64,000 nucleotides of DNA from Anaeramoeba ignava BMAN (GCA_028826165.1 JAPDFW010000126.1:96515-160514); one strand, 5' to 3'. Positions 14,501-28,789 are shown, numbered from the stretch's first letter. Numbers and translations are program-made. Notes: generated by a model from the letters alone, not told the origin.

Positions 14501-17500
14501 AAAGTTTCTAAAATAGGAGAGAAAGTTAAATCAATATGAAGAAATTTAATTTTGTTTTGGAAATTAATTGAATTTTTGTTTAAAATTTGATTAATTTCTT
14601 GAATAATTTCTGATTTTGTTCCTTTTGAAATTTTGATATATAAATAAATTGCTTTGTTTTCTTGATCTTGATTATATTTTTCATAAAAATATTTACGAAT
14701 TTGATGAGTTTTTCCCATTCCTGGAATTTTAGAAGTAAATAATTTAATTCTCTTATAATTTTTGAAATGATTTTTGAAAATTGATTTTAAATTTTCTTCT
14801 GGTATTGATTCAATTTTTTCTGAAATCAAAAAATTAGGGAAATGAGAAACAATATTTGGAATTTGATAATTATCTTTTTGATAAAAGAAAATGATTAATG
14901 GAAAATGAGTTTCAAAAGAAATTTGTTGAATTTTCTGAATTAAAAAATTTGAACAAAGTTGAGATAATTTTTGAACATGTAAAATTGAAAATAAATGTTT
15001 TTCGTGATTAATCTTTGGTTTGTCTTGATTATAAAATTTATAAATATTGAAGAAATTTTCAATATCAGATTGATTTGTATTTTTTGAATTACAAATCAGA
15101 ACATTTTCTTTTAATGGTAAATGATTACAATATCCAAAATATAAACTTGTTAATATTTCATAAACTTGAATTTTTTTATCAATTTTGTAAAAGAAAATTT
15201 TTGAATTTTGAACTGATTTTTCATTTTTTTTGAATAAATGATTAAATTTCTTTGTTATTTTTTTTGGAATTTCCTTTTTTTTAAATTGTATTAATCTTTG
15301 TTGAATTGAATTTTTAAATGAAATTAAATTGCTTAATTGTTCAATAAAATTTTTTAAATTAATTGAAGGATCAAATTCAGGAATAATATTAATTCTAAAT
15401 TCTATTAAATCTTCATGAGTTAAATTTGGATTAAATAAACGAAGAAGAAGAAATAAATTATGGTTATTTTGAAGAGATGTTGAAAAACAGAGATTCATAA
15501 TTTCAAAAAGCTGTTCTTGAGAAAAAAATGAATAAACGAAATGATTTTGTTTGATTAAATCTTTTTCTTTTTTCCAATTTAATAATTTTTGAGAAAGTTC
15601 TTTTTCGTTTTTGATCAATTCATTTTTAAATTTATCTGATTCATTTATTGAAGAATATTCAATAACTTTTTCATATTTATTATTTGATTCAATAATATAA
15701 AGTTTCTTTAATTCAACACAAGTTTTGAACATTTTCTTGATTATTGGAAAAATTTTTTGGAATGAATTCAAATATTTTTGTATTGGATCATTTTCTGGGA
15801 AAAGTTCATTTTGTTTTATATTTTGAGAAATGATTTTAATTTGAAGGAAATTATCAAAATTGAATATTTTATAAGTATTCTCCTTATTTTGACAAGAGAA
15901 TATTAATTCATTTTTTGGTAAATAATTAAATTGAAAGAGCATATTTTTTTTTCCAAAAATTTCAGATAAATTATTTAATATTTTCTTTTTAAAATTTGAA
16001 TTATCTTTTGGAAAAAAATTAATTAATTCTTGAGTATCATTTTCACTAAATTGCCAAGGTTTTTGATTTTCTTCAGATTTTTTGATAATTTGAATCAAAT
16101 TTTGGAAAGATTCAAAACTTTCTTGAATTAAAATGTATTCTTTCATTCTTTTTCTTAAATTTTTGATTATATTTTTCATTTTTTTAAAATGAATAGATTT
16201 TTCGATGAACTTATCGAACTTTTTTTCATTTTGAAATTTTTTGGAAAGAGAAATAATATTTGGGATTAAATTTAGAATATTTTGTTGAGAAAAGAAAATA
16301 TTAGAAGGAATTTCGTTCAATTCTTTTAATATTCCGTTTAATTTAGATAAATCTTGTAATTTTTGATTTTTTTGCCAAGATTCTTGGAAAAATTTTGTAT
16401 AATCTTCATTTTGAAATTTAAAATATGAAAAAAATTGATATTTCCATTTTGGAATTTTTTTGAAGTTTTTGTTATATTCATGGAAATTTTGGATTTGATT
16501 TGATAACTGTAGAATATTATTCTCTGATTTTTCATTTTGAGATTCTTCTAAAAATATTTTTAATTCATTATTTATCCAATCTATTCCTTTTTCTAAAGGG
16601 AAAAATTTATCAAGTTGACTTAATTTAATTTTTTGATCTGTAATTTTAAATAAAATTTCATTTCTTTTGTTTATCATTTCTTTTAATATTTTATGAAAAT
16701 TATTCATTGATAATTTTTTTTGTTTTGATTTTAATTTTGATTTTAATTTTGGAATCCAAATATAATTAATAAAGATTTCACTTTTTTCAAATTTCAAAAT
16801 TTTTTGGAATAAATCAAAATCAATTTCTAATTCCTTAATTGATAATTTGGAGATCTTTGATGTTTTTTGAATTAAAATTTGCTAAAACTTTGGGAATTTT
16901 TGGATAAGTTTCGAAATGATTCCAAACTATATTTTTGTTTAGTTTTTGATAAAACAGTTTTTCTTTGAAATAATTCTTGATAAAGTTGTTCAATTTTTTG
17001 AAATGAAATTTTTGAATATAAATCCCAAATATTTGAAAAGAAATGTTTTTGTTTAAATGTTTCTTCTAATATTGAAAAATCTATTTCAATTTTATCTATT
17101 TTTTGAATTGAATATTGAATTTCTTTATCATATTTTTGAATTTTTTGGAAAAATTCATTTTCATTTTCATTTTCCTTTTCAATTCCCTTTTCCTGGAAAT
17201 TTTTAAATAACTTTAATAATGAAATCCATGAATCTTGATTTTCTTGAGAAATATTTTTTAAAAATAAAATGAAAGTTTGTTTTTCATTAGGAAAATTATC
17301 TCCAATAAGTGATTCCCAATATAAAATATGTATTCGTAAAGGAATTTCTTTTTCTTTTTCTTTTAAAATTAATTTATATTTTTCTTGAATAAAATCTTTG
17401 ATATATTTAGATAAGAATGTTTCAAAACTTGATAAATTATTTAATATTTTTGGATCGTTGATTATATTTAAACATTCAATAGGAGTTGCGTTATAAGGAA

Positions 17501-18848
17501 AATTATTGCTTTGAATATTTTCAATAATTAATAATTCAAGAGAAGAGATATATTCATTTATTTTTATTATTTGGATTTGGTTTTGAATTTGATTTGAATT
17601 TTCTTTTAGAATTTCGAGTATTTTTTTTGTTCTTCGATAAATTTTATCAAAATTATCAAAATATTCAAGTAAATTTTGAAATTTCATTTTTCCAATAATG
17701 AAAAAAGCTAATGAAAAATCTTTTATAATCAAATATTCCAGTAAATTATCTTTTTTTTCTTTTAAAAAATCTTTTATAATCTTAACAAGAATATCTTCAA
17801 ATTTTGGGAAAAATATAGGATCAAATAATCTTGATAAAAATAAGAAAATATTCGCTTCAGAATCTAAATATTGTTGAATCAAAATATTTATATCTTTTGT
17901 AAATTTTTTTGTATCATAATTTTGTGAAATTGTTTTCCAATCTTTTTCTTCAAATAATGTAATAAATAAAGGAAGAAAGAACAGAATATTATTTGAATTT
18001 GATTCTTTGAAAACGTTAAACAATTTGTAAAAATTTATTTTAACTTTACTAATATCTTGAGTATTACCAGAAACTTCTTCAACTATTTGAGATAATTCTT
18101 TCATTTTTTGAGGAGATTTCTCTAAAAAATTGAATATATATTGAGTAAAAGGATTGTGAATTTTTGATAATAGTAAATAACAAAATATAGTTTCTTTTGA
18201 GAAAGAATCCATAATATTTTCATCTTTTTCAAAAAATTTTTCATAAAGCATTTTCACAATTTCTGTTTTTGTAAAATTTTGACCTTTTATTTCTCCTTTG
18301 CTAACTAATAATTTATTAAATAATGAATCTATTCCTTTATCATAATTGATGATTATTTGTTGTGTATTTAAAGAACTTTGCATTATTTCGTTGATAAAAA
18401 ATGTTTGTAAAAGATCAACAATCATTTCTTGATTTATAGAAATATTCTTTTTTGATTTTTGATGAATAATTCCAAAAAAGAATAATATATTTTGATTTTC
18501 TTCTTCTTTGTTTTTTTTCTTGGAATTTTTAATTTCAGTTTGAATTTCTTCTTTATCAACTGTTAAAATAAATTGTCTTTTCAATTTGTTTTTTGCTAAA
18601 GTGATTTCAATTTTGATATTAAAAGAAATTTGAGAATCTTTTTTTGATTGTGAAGTATTTTCTTCTTGTAAATTAATTTGTGTTTGAAAAGTAGTAAACC
18701 AAACATTATTAATTGAATTTGATTTATAAATATCGTAATATTGATTTTTGTATTTTAAAGACATTTTTATAGGTATTTCTTTTTCTTTTTCTTTTGTATA
18801 ATAAAGAAAAATTTTTATAAAATATTTTGTGTTGTTTGATAAATTCAT
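5528..18848 (-). CDS. RNF213/mysterin-like giant AAA+ protein (~4400 aa), degenerate paralogue A
   Basis: Collinear ORFs 18848-16872, 16797-12400, 12107-8871, 8902-5528. Intron 12407-12341 restores GNSGTSKS (RNF213 GKPGSSKS). Probable intron 16955-16882. 1-nt frameshift near 8890-8900. Motifs FTSKIPGMGKT, FLTSENLFKMIYI, FKENVLLIF, INPKFRLVLV...LLNHFEKH and an RZ-like C-x3-H...CxxC are collinear with paralogue B. Confidence 0.82.
5990..6175 (-). repeat. Coding 18-bp repeat (EMKDLN)n in paralogue A
   Basis: Translation shows EMKDSNEMKDSNEMKDLN...KMKDLN. Confidence 0.85.
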
Positions 18849-18884
18849 TTTTGTTATATTTTTTGATAAAATAAATTTGAAAAA

Positions 18885-18930
18885 AAAAATGAAAAATGAA
18901 AAATGAAAAAAGGAAAAAAAATGAAAAACA
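18885..18930 (-). promoter_or_regulatory. Tandem Inr-like motifs upstream of RNF213-like paralogue A
   Basis: aaaatgaaaaatgaaaaatgaaaa on the + strand, 40-80 nt upstream of ATG 18848. Confidence 0.6.
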
Positions 18931-18954
18931 AAAACAGGAAAAAAATATATTTCT

Positions 18955-21315
18955 TTTTTAAAATTATAATTTAAAATTTAATTAAATGTTTAAATATATA
19001 TTTTACTTTATTTATTTAATATATATTATTAATCAAAAATTGAAATTAATTTAATATAAAAATATAAATAAATTTAATAACTTTAATAAATTAATAAATT
19101 AATAAATTATTTTAAAATTATAATTTAAAATATAATTAAATGTTTAAATATATATTTTACTTTATTTATTTAATATATATTATTAATTAAAAATTGAAAT
19201 TAATTTAATATAAAAATATAAATAAATTTAATAACTTTAATAAATTAATTAATAAATAAATTATTTTAAAATTATAATTTAAAATTTAATTAAATGTTTA
19301 AATATATATTTTACTTTATTTATTTAATATATATTATTAATTAAAAATTGAAATTAATTTAATATAAAAATATAAATAAATTTAATAACTTTAATAAATT
19401 AATTAATAAATAAATTATTTTAAAATTATAATTTAAAATTATAATTAAATGTTTAAATATATATTTTACTTTATTTATTTAATATATATTATTAATCAAA
19501 AATTGAAATTAATTTAATATAAAAATATAAATAAATTTAATAACTTTAATAAATTAATTAATTAATAAATTATTTTAAAATTATAATTTTAAATATAATT
19601 AAATGTTTAAATACATATTTTACTTTATTTATTTAATATATATTATTAATCAAAAATTGAAATTAATTTAATATAAAAATATAAATAAATTTAATAACTT
19701 TAATAAATTAATTAATAAATAAATTATTTTAAAATTATAATTTAAAATTTAATTAAATGTTTAGATATATATTTTACTTTATTTATTTAATATATATTAT
19801 TAATCAAAAATTGAAATTAATTTAATATAAAAATATAAATAAATTTAATAACTTTAATAAATTAATTAATAAATAAATTATTTTAAAATTATAATTTAAA
19901 ATATAATTAAATGTTTAAATATATATTTTACTTTTATTTATTTAATATATATTATTAATCAAAAATTGAAATTAATTTAATATAAAAATATAAATAAATT
20001 TAATAACTTTAATAAATTAATTAATTAATAAATTATTTTAAAATTATAATTTATATTATAATTAAATGTTTAAATATATATTTTACTTTATTTATTTAAT
20101 ATATATTATTAATCAAAAATTGAAATTAATTTAATATAAAAATATAAATAAATTTAATAACTTTAATAAATTAATTAATAAATAAATTATTTTAAAATTA
20201 TAATTTAAAATATAATTAAATGTTTAGATATATATTTTACTTTATTTATTTAATATATATTATTAATCAAAAATTGAAATTAATTTAATATAAAAATATT
20301 AATAAATTTAATAACTTTAATAAATTAATTAATAAATAAATTATTTTAAAATTATAATTTTAAATATAATTAAATATTTAAATATATATATTACTTTTAT
20401 TTATTTAATATATGTTATTAATCAAAATTGAAATTAATTTAATATAAAAATATAAATAAATTTGATAACTTTAATAAATTAATTAATTAATAAATTATTT
20501 TAAAATTATAATTTAAAAATTTAATTAAATGTTTAGATATATATTTTTACTTTATTTATTTAATATATATTATTAATCAAAAATTGAAATTAATTTAATC
20601 TAAAAATATTAATAAATTTAATAACTTTAATAAATTAATTAATAAATAAATTATTTTAAAATTATAATTTAAAATATAATTAAATGTTTAGATATATATT
20701 TTACTTTATTTATTTAATATATATTATTAATCAAAAATTGAAATTAATTTAATATAAAAATATAAATAAATTTAATAACTTTAATAAATTAATTAATTAA
20801 TAAATTATTTTAAAATTATAATTTTAAATTAAATTAAATGTTTAAATATATATTTTATTTTTATTTATTTAATATATATTATTAATCAAAAATTGAAATT
20901 AATTTAATCTAAAAATATAAATAAATTTAATAACTTTAATAAATTAATTAATTAATAAATTATTTTAAAATTATAATTTAAAATATAATTAAATGTTTAA
21001 ATATATATTTTACTTTATTTATTTAATATATATTATTAATCAAAAATTGAAATTAATTTAATATAAAAATATAAATAAATTTAATAACTTTAATAAATTA
21101 ATTAATAAATAAATTATTTTAAAATTATAATTTAAAATTAAATTAAATGTTTAAATATATATTTTACTTTATTTATTTAGTATATATTATTAATTAAAAA
21201 TTGAAATTAATTTAATCTAAAAATATTAATAAATTTAATAACTTTAATAAATTAATTAATAAATAAATTATTTTAAAATTATAATTTAAAATTTAATTAA
21301 ATGTTTAAATATATA
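18955..21315. repeat. Tandem satellite, ~154-bp unit, ~15 copies, almost pure A/T
   Basis: Anchor aaattataat recurs at 18961, 19115, 19269 and onward; copies are highly similar (aaatgtttaaatatatattttactttatttatttaatatatattattaatcaaaaattgaaattaa...). Confidence 0.95.
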
Positions 21316-21402
21316 ATTAACTTATTCAAAAAAAAAAGCAAAAATATTTTTCCAAATTTTTTTTTTCATTTTTTTTTTTCAAATTTTAATTTTGTTAACA
21401 AA

Positions 21403-24400
21403 ATGAATTTTTTCAGTTTTGATCAACAAAATAATCCAGTTACAAAAATTTTTCCAGAATTTGAAGGGTTTCTAACACCTGAAAAGGATCAATTCCACAC
21501 ATTGCTTTACAATTTCTATTCAACAAGTGCAGCAAAAGTTGTAATTGATCGAAAAATAAAAGAAATAAAAGAAACCTCAGAAAGACAAGAATCAACACTT
21601 TGGAGAATGGAGAGCCGTTCACAAACACAATCCAAATATTGTCACGGAAACCATTTAACAGCAAGCGTTACTTACACTGTTGCTATTTATGATTCTGATG
21701 TTGCGATGAAACTGAACCAAACGTATTCGCAACTGATCCGAAGTTGTCATACTGAGTTGTGTGAGATAACTACCAAAGTGGAGACAACAGAAGCGAAGGT
21801 TGCGCTTTATTTACAGAGAGTTTTCCAGGGAATTCCTTTTAAAAGCCTTCGAAACGATGAGAATATGAACCTTCAGTTCATCCAACAATTGCGTTCTCTT
21901 TTGATCAATTTGTTTTTTTTTGAAAGACTTGCGATTGAAACAGGCGAGGTTTATTACGATAAGTTTAACAATTCTCTGCACAAATGGATCAATACTGTTG
22001 CTCTTCGTTTGTATGAAATTGGGTCTAATAATCAAATGCTTTTTGTGTTTTTTCATTTATTAACAACTCCTCATTCAGGAAAATGGTCCAAAAACTTGAT
22101 TTATCTTCAAGACAATTTCGATTACGATCAAATGAGTTATCTCAAAACATTATTGAAATTTGTTGTGAATCCCTTGATTAAATCAAAGACTCTTTCTGAT
22201 AAGCCTTTCTATCTTCTTGAACCTGATTTTGTTCATCATCTTTCCAATCTTCCTTTTTCCAATTTTTTCGGTTATTTATTCGCAAATCCAGGAGAGTTAG
22301 GGTTCTCAGTTGCCAGTGAGATTGTTCAGGAGTTTGTGATGATTCTCATTGAAGCGTTAGTGAGATTTGAGAAGTATCTTGATTTCCGAAAAACAATTGC
22401 TGATCTCATGTTCCATTTCTTTTGGCTTTATGATGAGTTTTCGCACCATATCAACACACCCGATGCCGCAAGAGACTACCCCAAGATCATTGATGAGCTC
22501 ACTACGATATCGATTGGAAGAGTCTCTGCTTGTCAAGACAAGTCAATTCTTTTTTATTTCACTGATCTTCCTTTTTATTCTTTATCTGTTTTTGCTGGAT
22601 TTCGAATTATGAGTCTTTTCTTCACAGGTTCTGACCAGAATCCCCCACAAAACCCCGAGCAATGGTACCAGCTTATGAATAGTGATCCCAGTCTTGTTAG
22701 TCGTTTCGGGTCTCTTCTTCAGTCATCTAACGGAGGAGAAAGTATGCTTATCATTCTTGCAAATTTGGCAGTTCTTTTAAATTCGCCAGATTTTGCTTTG
22801 TGTGTTGTTGATTTGATTTTCAGAGTCAGTTGTGTTGTAGATACCACAAAAGACAGAATATTCCCGCATGGAAAAAAACCCTTGCAACAATCACCACAGA
22901 ATATCCCTTTCTGGTTTCAAATATTCTCGCTCTCACTTCCCAATATATTGGTGTTGTCGGTTCTCGCAGTATGGATTTATTTGGTGCTCTTCCTCTCTCC
23001 AAATGGAAACTGAATGACAACGATCTCTCAGTGATTCAAACATATCTCGATATGCCAAACGATTCCGTTCAGTTTGTCTTTGGGTCTTGGCTTGTGGATA
23101 ATCTTTTTTGGGGATATTCGCCAGAGATTGATGGCACAGGCGTGCTCAATGATAGTGAGGCGCAGTTCAAAATTATACCGTGTATTTTGAAAGTGTTTTT
23201 ACGACAAACCAAGAATAAAAGTCTCATTGATTGGTGTTGGCGTGCTCTTTATCGATTCAATGTTTACAATAAATTTGGCGAACCAAATGGAACTTTACTT
23301 AAATTTCCCAATGATTCTCGTCTTGATTTGTCCAAGCATATCCCAAAAGGATAAGAAACAATCCCCTGAACCTTTTATCGCATTTCTCGCCCTGATGTTT
23401 TTCGAGATCCGTGACAACTCCACTTGGGATCAATTCTTCCAAAATCTTTTAAAAGCCAAGGAGTATTATTCAATGACGAAAGTTCTTCATGTCAAAATTC
23501 CTCAAATTTTGAAAAATAACAAGGATCCATATTTCAAGAAAGAAGTTGCAACCATTTCAGAATTGGTAAAGCCTTTGCTCAAGATTGATAAGTTCAATGC
23601 TCATGTTGAAGAGAAAAATAAGAGCGTCAATTTCAAAAGATGCAATGCTTTGGCATCAATGATTGAATCATTAATTATGAACAGGATGAATGTCAATGTC
23701 CCTTTTCATAAACAAGATTTTTCAAATGAAACGAGCACAAGTATCAATGATAATATTGCTAATGTCAATGAGAATATTGCTAATGTCAACGAGAATATGG
23801 ATAATACAGTTCAAGGAAATTTGGATCAAAATCAAAATCAAGAAAATTTGAATCAAAATGAAAATCAAAATTTGAATGACAAGGATAATCCAGTTCCTCT
23901 TGAAAAAATGATTCAATTCTGGTTGCAGTTTTTCGAATCGATCCCGAAATGGAACAAAGACAAGCAAATCATTAAGTATTTTGACATCATTTTCCGTTCC
24001 GCTTTCATGTGCCGATCACGACCGTTAATCACAAGATTTATAGCAAAAGAATATAGCAAAATTGCGAAAGGCAAAAAAAAAACAGGAGTTTTTTCAAAAA
24101 AAGAAAAACAGGTTACACTAATTGATGTTGGGAAAACATTTGTGCATCGGGGAAGGACAAAAATCATGAACAAATCACCGTGGTATTATTTTGAGGTTCT
24201 TCTTGTTGAGCTTATTTGGCACGCAGAGAGATTGGATTCATTAGGAATCAAAATCAATAAATCAAAAGATATTCCATTGAAACAAATTCTCAAGAAAAAT
24301 AAAATCAACACAAATTTTGATATCATCAACTGGTGGATTGAGTTTGTCACTGATCTTAAAGAAAACAACCGACTTCTTCCTATTGTAATGCAAGTTGTGT

Positions 24401-27400
24401 GCTCGATTTATTTTCTCTGCACATTCAAAGGAACAACAACATTGGATACTGTGAAAGATTCGGATTGGTTTGGCAAAAATCTTTTAGAATTGACTGGCAA
24501 ATCGGTTGATGATATTAAAAAACAAATTGTTGATATTCTTGATTTTGAGCTTGAAGAAGCAACTCAAACAATAAAAGATCCAAAGAAACACAAGTACAAA
24601 GATGGTGCAGTTCGCGATTACAATGCGAATATTGTGCGGATGTATCAATCAATGAAAACTTGGTTTTCGCACAAGAGTCTTCAAAGATTGATTCCTGAAC
24701 CAATTACGCAGAATCACGAAGAATTTCTCAATTTGATTCATTCGAATATTCTGAATCCTTATAAAAGCAAATTCGATCTTAAATCACCAACAAACGAAAC
24801 TCTTCTCAAGCTACACAATTCTCTCTGGTTCCATCTTTTGAGCATGCAGAAAATCATGAACGACATCTACACAAACATGCAACTTATCCAGGATCTTCCG
24901 AATTACGTGTATTTCCTGATCAATAAAACACTCAAACCTCGACTGCAATTTCCTCCACTTTCTTTGAAAATGGCCTTTTATCAACATCTCACTTTCCAAA
25001 ACTTGAGTCAAATTTCACAATCAAATTTGATGATTCTCAATTCGCCTGTTGTGGACTTTATATCCACTTTTTGTTCTTGACGGGAGAAATTACAACGAAA
25101 TTGAGAATGATTTACAAAAAAGATACCCAATTCTTCTTGAATCCTCTTCCAAGTTTGTATCTTTCCGTTCACATCACATTTCTCTCAATAACGAATATAT
25201 CTCATCAAGTACTAGTTTATATTCAAATGTCCCAACAACACAAACTGTTCACAAAACCTGTCATTATACAACCACGTCGCGAGATTCCCACGGACACACA
25301 CACACTCACCATCACAGTCATCAAGTGGCATTTCATTTCAACATTACGCAAGTGGTTCAAGATTCAAATGTGAATTCAAGAATGATCGCAAATCGGGCAA
25401 CAGCTCAAACATATTTAATCCCATCAAAAAACCCCAATAATTCGCTTGGAAGTAATAATATCTCAACCTACATGGTTTATCTTGATTTTGCCGAGCAATG
25501 CGCTGATATCGCCAAAAAACAACAGTTCCAACTTCCCGATTATCCGATCGATAATTTATGGAAAGTTTGCATTGAATGGTTTTATCAGATACTCAATTAT
25601 GACTCCACTTCCTCAGACGCACAAGAGTTCCCCACAATCCAATTCCTGATCAAAGAATTCACACACATTCTTGGGATGCAATTTATCCGCGACAACCACG
25701 AACAAATCGATGTGGTTGCACAGATTCTTATTGAGAATCCAAGATACATTCCGAGACTCGCCGCGCTTTTTAATCCCCAATTGATCCCAGCTCGAACATT
25801 GGATTACTACGCGCGCATCATCGAGTCTTATGTCCGAGGCACCGACAACATTTGCGCTCCTGTTTTGATGTCCTTCCAATTCGGAGAATGGCTCAAATCA
25901 AAGCCCAGTTCGGAAGAAATCAAACGAGCGGTTGGAATGTTCTTCCAGTTTTCAAACAAAACAATATCGGCAACATTTCCCAAACTGGCGAACTTCAATT
26001 CACAAGCTCTGTTGACAATGTCGCTCTTTGATTTCCCCACCAATTTCATTCCACTTTTTGAGCAAATTATTGCAATCACTCTTGAAAAACAAGCAATTCC
26101 TTCGTTATGGGATATTTTCGCTAATGCTCCACTTTCCAAATTGGATCCTCAGTTCATACAACAATTAGGCAGTCTTGTTTCCGAGAGCTTTATGAGCAAT
26201 CTGACCCAAATCATCACAAGTCAAACTCTTTATGAATATTTTGAACCAGAATTACTTTCATCTTTCATGCGTTTTTTCGAATCGCTAATTATTTCTCTTT
26301 GCCAAAATCAGGCTGTCGCAGAAATCAACACACAATTCCAACCTTGTCTCACTTCACAATTACTTTTTAATCTATATCTTCCCTTCATTGGTTTTGTTAC
26401 CGTAAATTCACAAAATGTGCCGACATTCCGCGAAAACTCTCCTTTTACCAACGAGGCATTCGCATCTTTTTGTCGATCTGTTTCAACACTTCAAGCTGCC
26501 TATCCATGGACTCTTACAGACTTTATTTCCTTGTTCTTTTCCACTTTATCTCATATTACTATTCCCAACGTAATCGGGAAATATTTCCAGCATTTATCAT
26601 CCACAATCAACTGGGAACAAACACAACCAACGCTGGAATCCATGAACCAATTACTCGCTCTCAGCATGTCTCCTCATCACGATCTCATCCGTGTTATTAT
26701 CTCTCGCATTTCCTGGAAACAAGCAGAGCAAATGCTTGTGAATATCCAAAATCCACAATCATTATTTTTCTACCAGCTCTTGTTCCAGATCATTTTGAAC
26801 TTGATACAGAGATACCAACGATATTCAGACACAGGATACGCAACATTTTTCCTCAATTTTCTTGATACAGTGACAAAATCACTTTTCTGGGAAAATCTCA
26901 ACGCAATGAGTTATCATTCAATTCTCGAATCATTTAGTGTTGATCCAAATTTAGTTCAATACAACCGACAAATTCAACTTGATTTCAACATTGAATTCGA
27001 ATCAATGAAATTCCCGACGAATATCACCAATTCTGAGCAGCGCGGATTTGTTCTTCTCACAGCCATCCGCAAAATCGGATTTTTCGACAACGATCTCAAT
27101 TATGATCATATCATCCCGTTTCTTCAATTTGCAACTTACATACTTTCCGTTTCTGCTCCAATTCTCCGTTCTCAACCAATTGAGGAAAAGGATGATTTTT
27201 GGAAATCACTTTTTAGCAAGAAAAAACCACAAGATTCTGGATATAGAATTGTCAAAGTGCCTGATTTTGCTGTTCCCTTTTCGCACACTAATTTCTCTCT
27301 TATTTTCGCCGATCTCATCCGTGTTGCTCTTCTCGATGTGACCCAATCCAAGCCCAATCTTGCCTTCGCATTTGATCTTTTCTCAATCCAAAATCCTGAA

Positions 27401-28291
27401 GCAGTTGTTCTTCTTCTCAAGGCTTGCACAGATTATATGCAAATCAATCCTCGTATTTCACCAAATATTCTTTTTGCTTCATGCGAAAAAATCCGAAATT
27501 TGGATGATTTTGTGGTTCTTTCTGAAAAGGCTCATGATTTCTTCTTTACCTCCAAAGAAAAATACGAAAATCTTCTTGAAAATTTCACTTTGATTGATGT
27601 TGATGAAAATTCACTTCTTAAATCATCAATTGAAAACTCTTCCTTTTTCACCCTTTTCAGTTTCGTCACAAAAAGAATCAAAGATTACAGCAATTCTCTT
27701 CCAATTACAGACACATATTCACTTGTTGACAAACTTTTATCTTTACTATCCAGTTCCAATTTGCAATTCAATCAAGAATTCAAGTTTCTTTTTGTTTTCG
27801 ATCTTTTTATTCGAGGAATTGATGCTATTTATCAAGAAGGAAATCGTGATTTCAATCAGAAATTCGCCGATAAATTCAAGGCTCTTTATGTTAAACTTGA
27901 GAATTTATCCAAGAAAAAGGGATGGAAAAAGGTTGTTGAAGGAATGGGTAAAAAAGATGAACCTAATCAAAAATATCTCATTTGCTTTAATCTTTTGAAG
28001 ATTGCTTATGAACTTGTTTTCCAAACTGCGTTAAAAAACAAAAAGTCAAAAGAATCTGCTCATAAGGATTTCAATACCATTCTTAATTCCAAAAAGAGTC
28101 TTGATTTAAAAACTCAAATTGAGAAAATTGAATCTATTTATGGTTTTAAATCTCAAGGTGTTTCTCCTCCTCAATTGATTAGTTCCTTAATAAAAGAGTT
28201 TTTTATTCAATTATTTTCTAAAGAGAATAAAAATCTTTGGTCTTTTATTGATGAATCAAGACAATTAGGAGACTGGAAGATTTTGAAATGA
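21403..28291 (+). CDS. EPG5: Ectopic P granules protein 5 homologue (autophagosome-lysosome tether), apparently intronless, with at least 3 apparent frameshifts
   Basis: Overlapping ORFs 21301-23013, 22830-23354, 23227-25080, 25049-28291. EPG5-like segments: LWRMESRSQTQSKYCHGNHLTASVTY, WINTVALRL...QMLFVFFHLLTTP.SGKW, LFGALPLSKW, LYSNVPTTQTVHKTC. Total ~2300 aa. Likely ATG 21403, after an Inr-like tract. Confidence 0.8.
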
Positions 28292-28670
28292 TTTAAAAAT
28301 CAATTTCAAATCAATTTCAAATCAATTTTCAAAACATTTCAAATCATTTCAAATCAATTTTCAAATCAATTTTCAAATCAATTTCTAAATCAATTTTCAA
28401 AATCAATTTTCAAATCAATTTCTAAATCAAATTTCAAATCATTTCAAATCATTTCAAATTAAATTTCAAATTAATTTCTAAATCAAATTTCAAATCAATT
28501 TCTAAATCAATTTTCAAATCAATTTCTAAATCAATTTCTAAATCAATTTCCAAATCAATTTTCAAATCAATTTTCAAATCAATTTTCAAATCATTTCAAA
28601 TCAATTTTCAAATCATTTCAAATCAATTTTCAAATCAATATCTAAATCAATTTTCAAATCAATTTTCATT
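28292..28670 (+). repeat. (tcaattttcaaa)-type 12-bp repeat downstream of EPG5
   Basis: Visible directly; lacks G on the + strand. Confidence 0.85.
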
Positions 28671-28676
28671 CCACTT

Positions 28677-28776
28677 TTTTTTTCATTTTCATTATTTTTT
28701 GATTTTAATTTATTCTTTATTTGATAAGAATAAAAATCATTTTTTCATTTTTTCATTTTTTCATTTTTTCATTTTT
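28677..28776 (+). promoter_or_regulatory. Tandem Inr-like TTTCATTTT motifs upstream of PSF2
   Basis: tttttcattttttcattttttcattttttcattttt ends ~14 nt before the ATG; the same motif precedes most genes in the window. Confidence 0.65.
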
Positions 28777-28789
28777 TAAAAATATAAAA

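Noticed and set aside
18955-21315. CRISPR-like array
   Set aside because: Whole units repeat with no unique spacers, no cas genes are present, and the context is eukaryotic.
21301-21402. EPG5 start at 21301
   Set aside because: That ATG is inside the last satellite unit and the extension crosses the T-rich Inr tract; 21403 is more plausible. The same applies to the 45787 extension of Gemin6.
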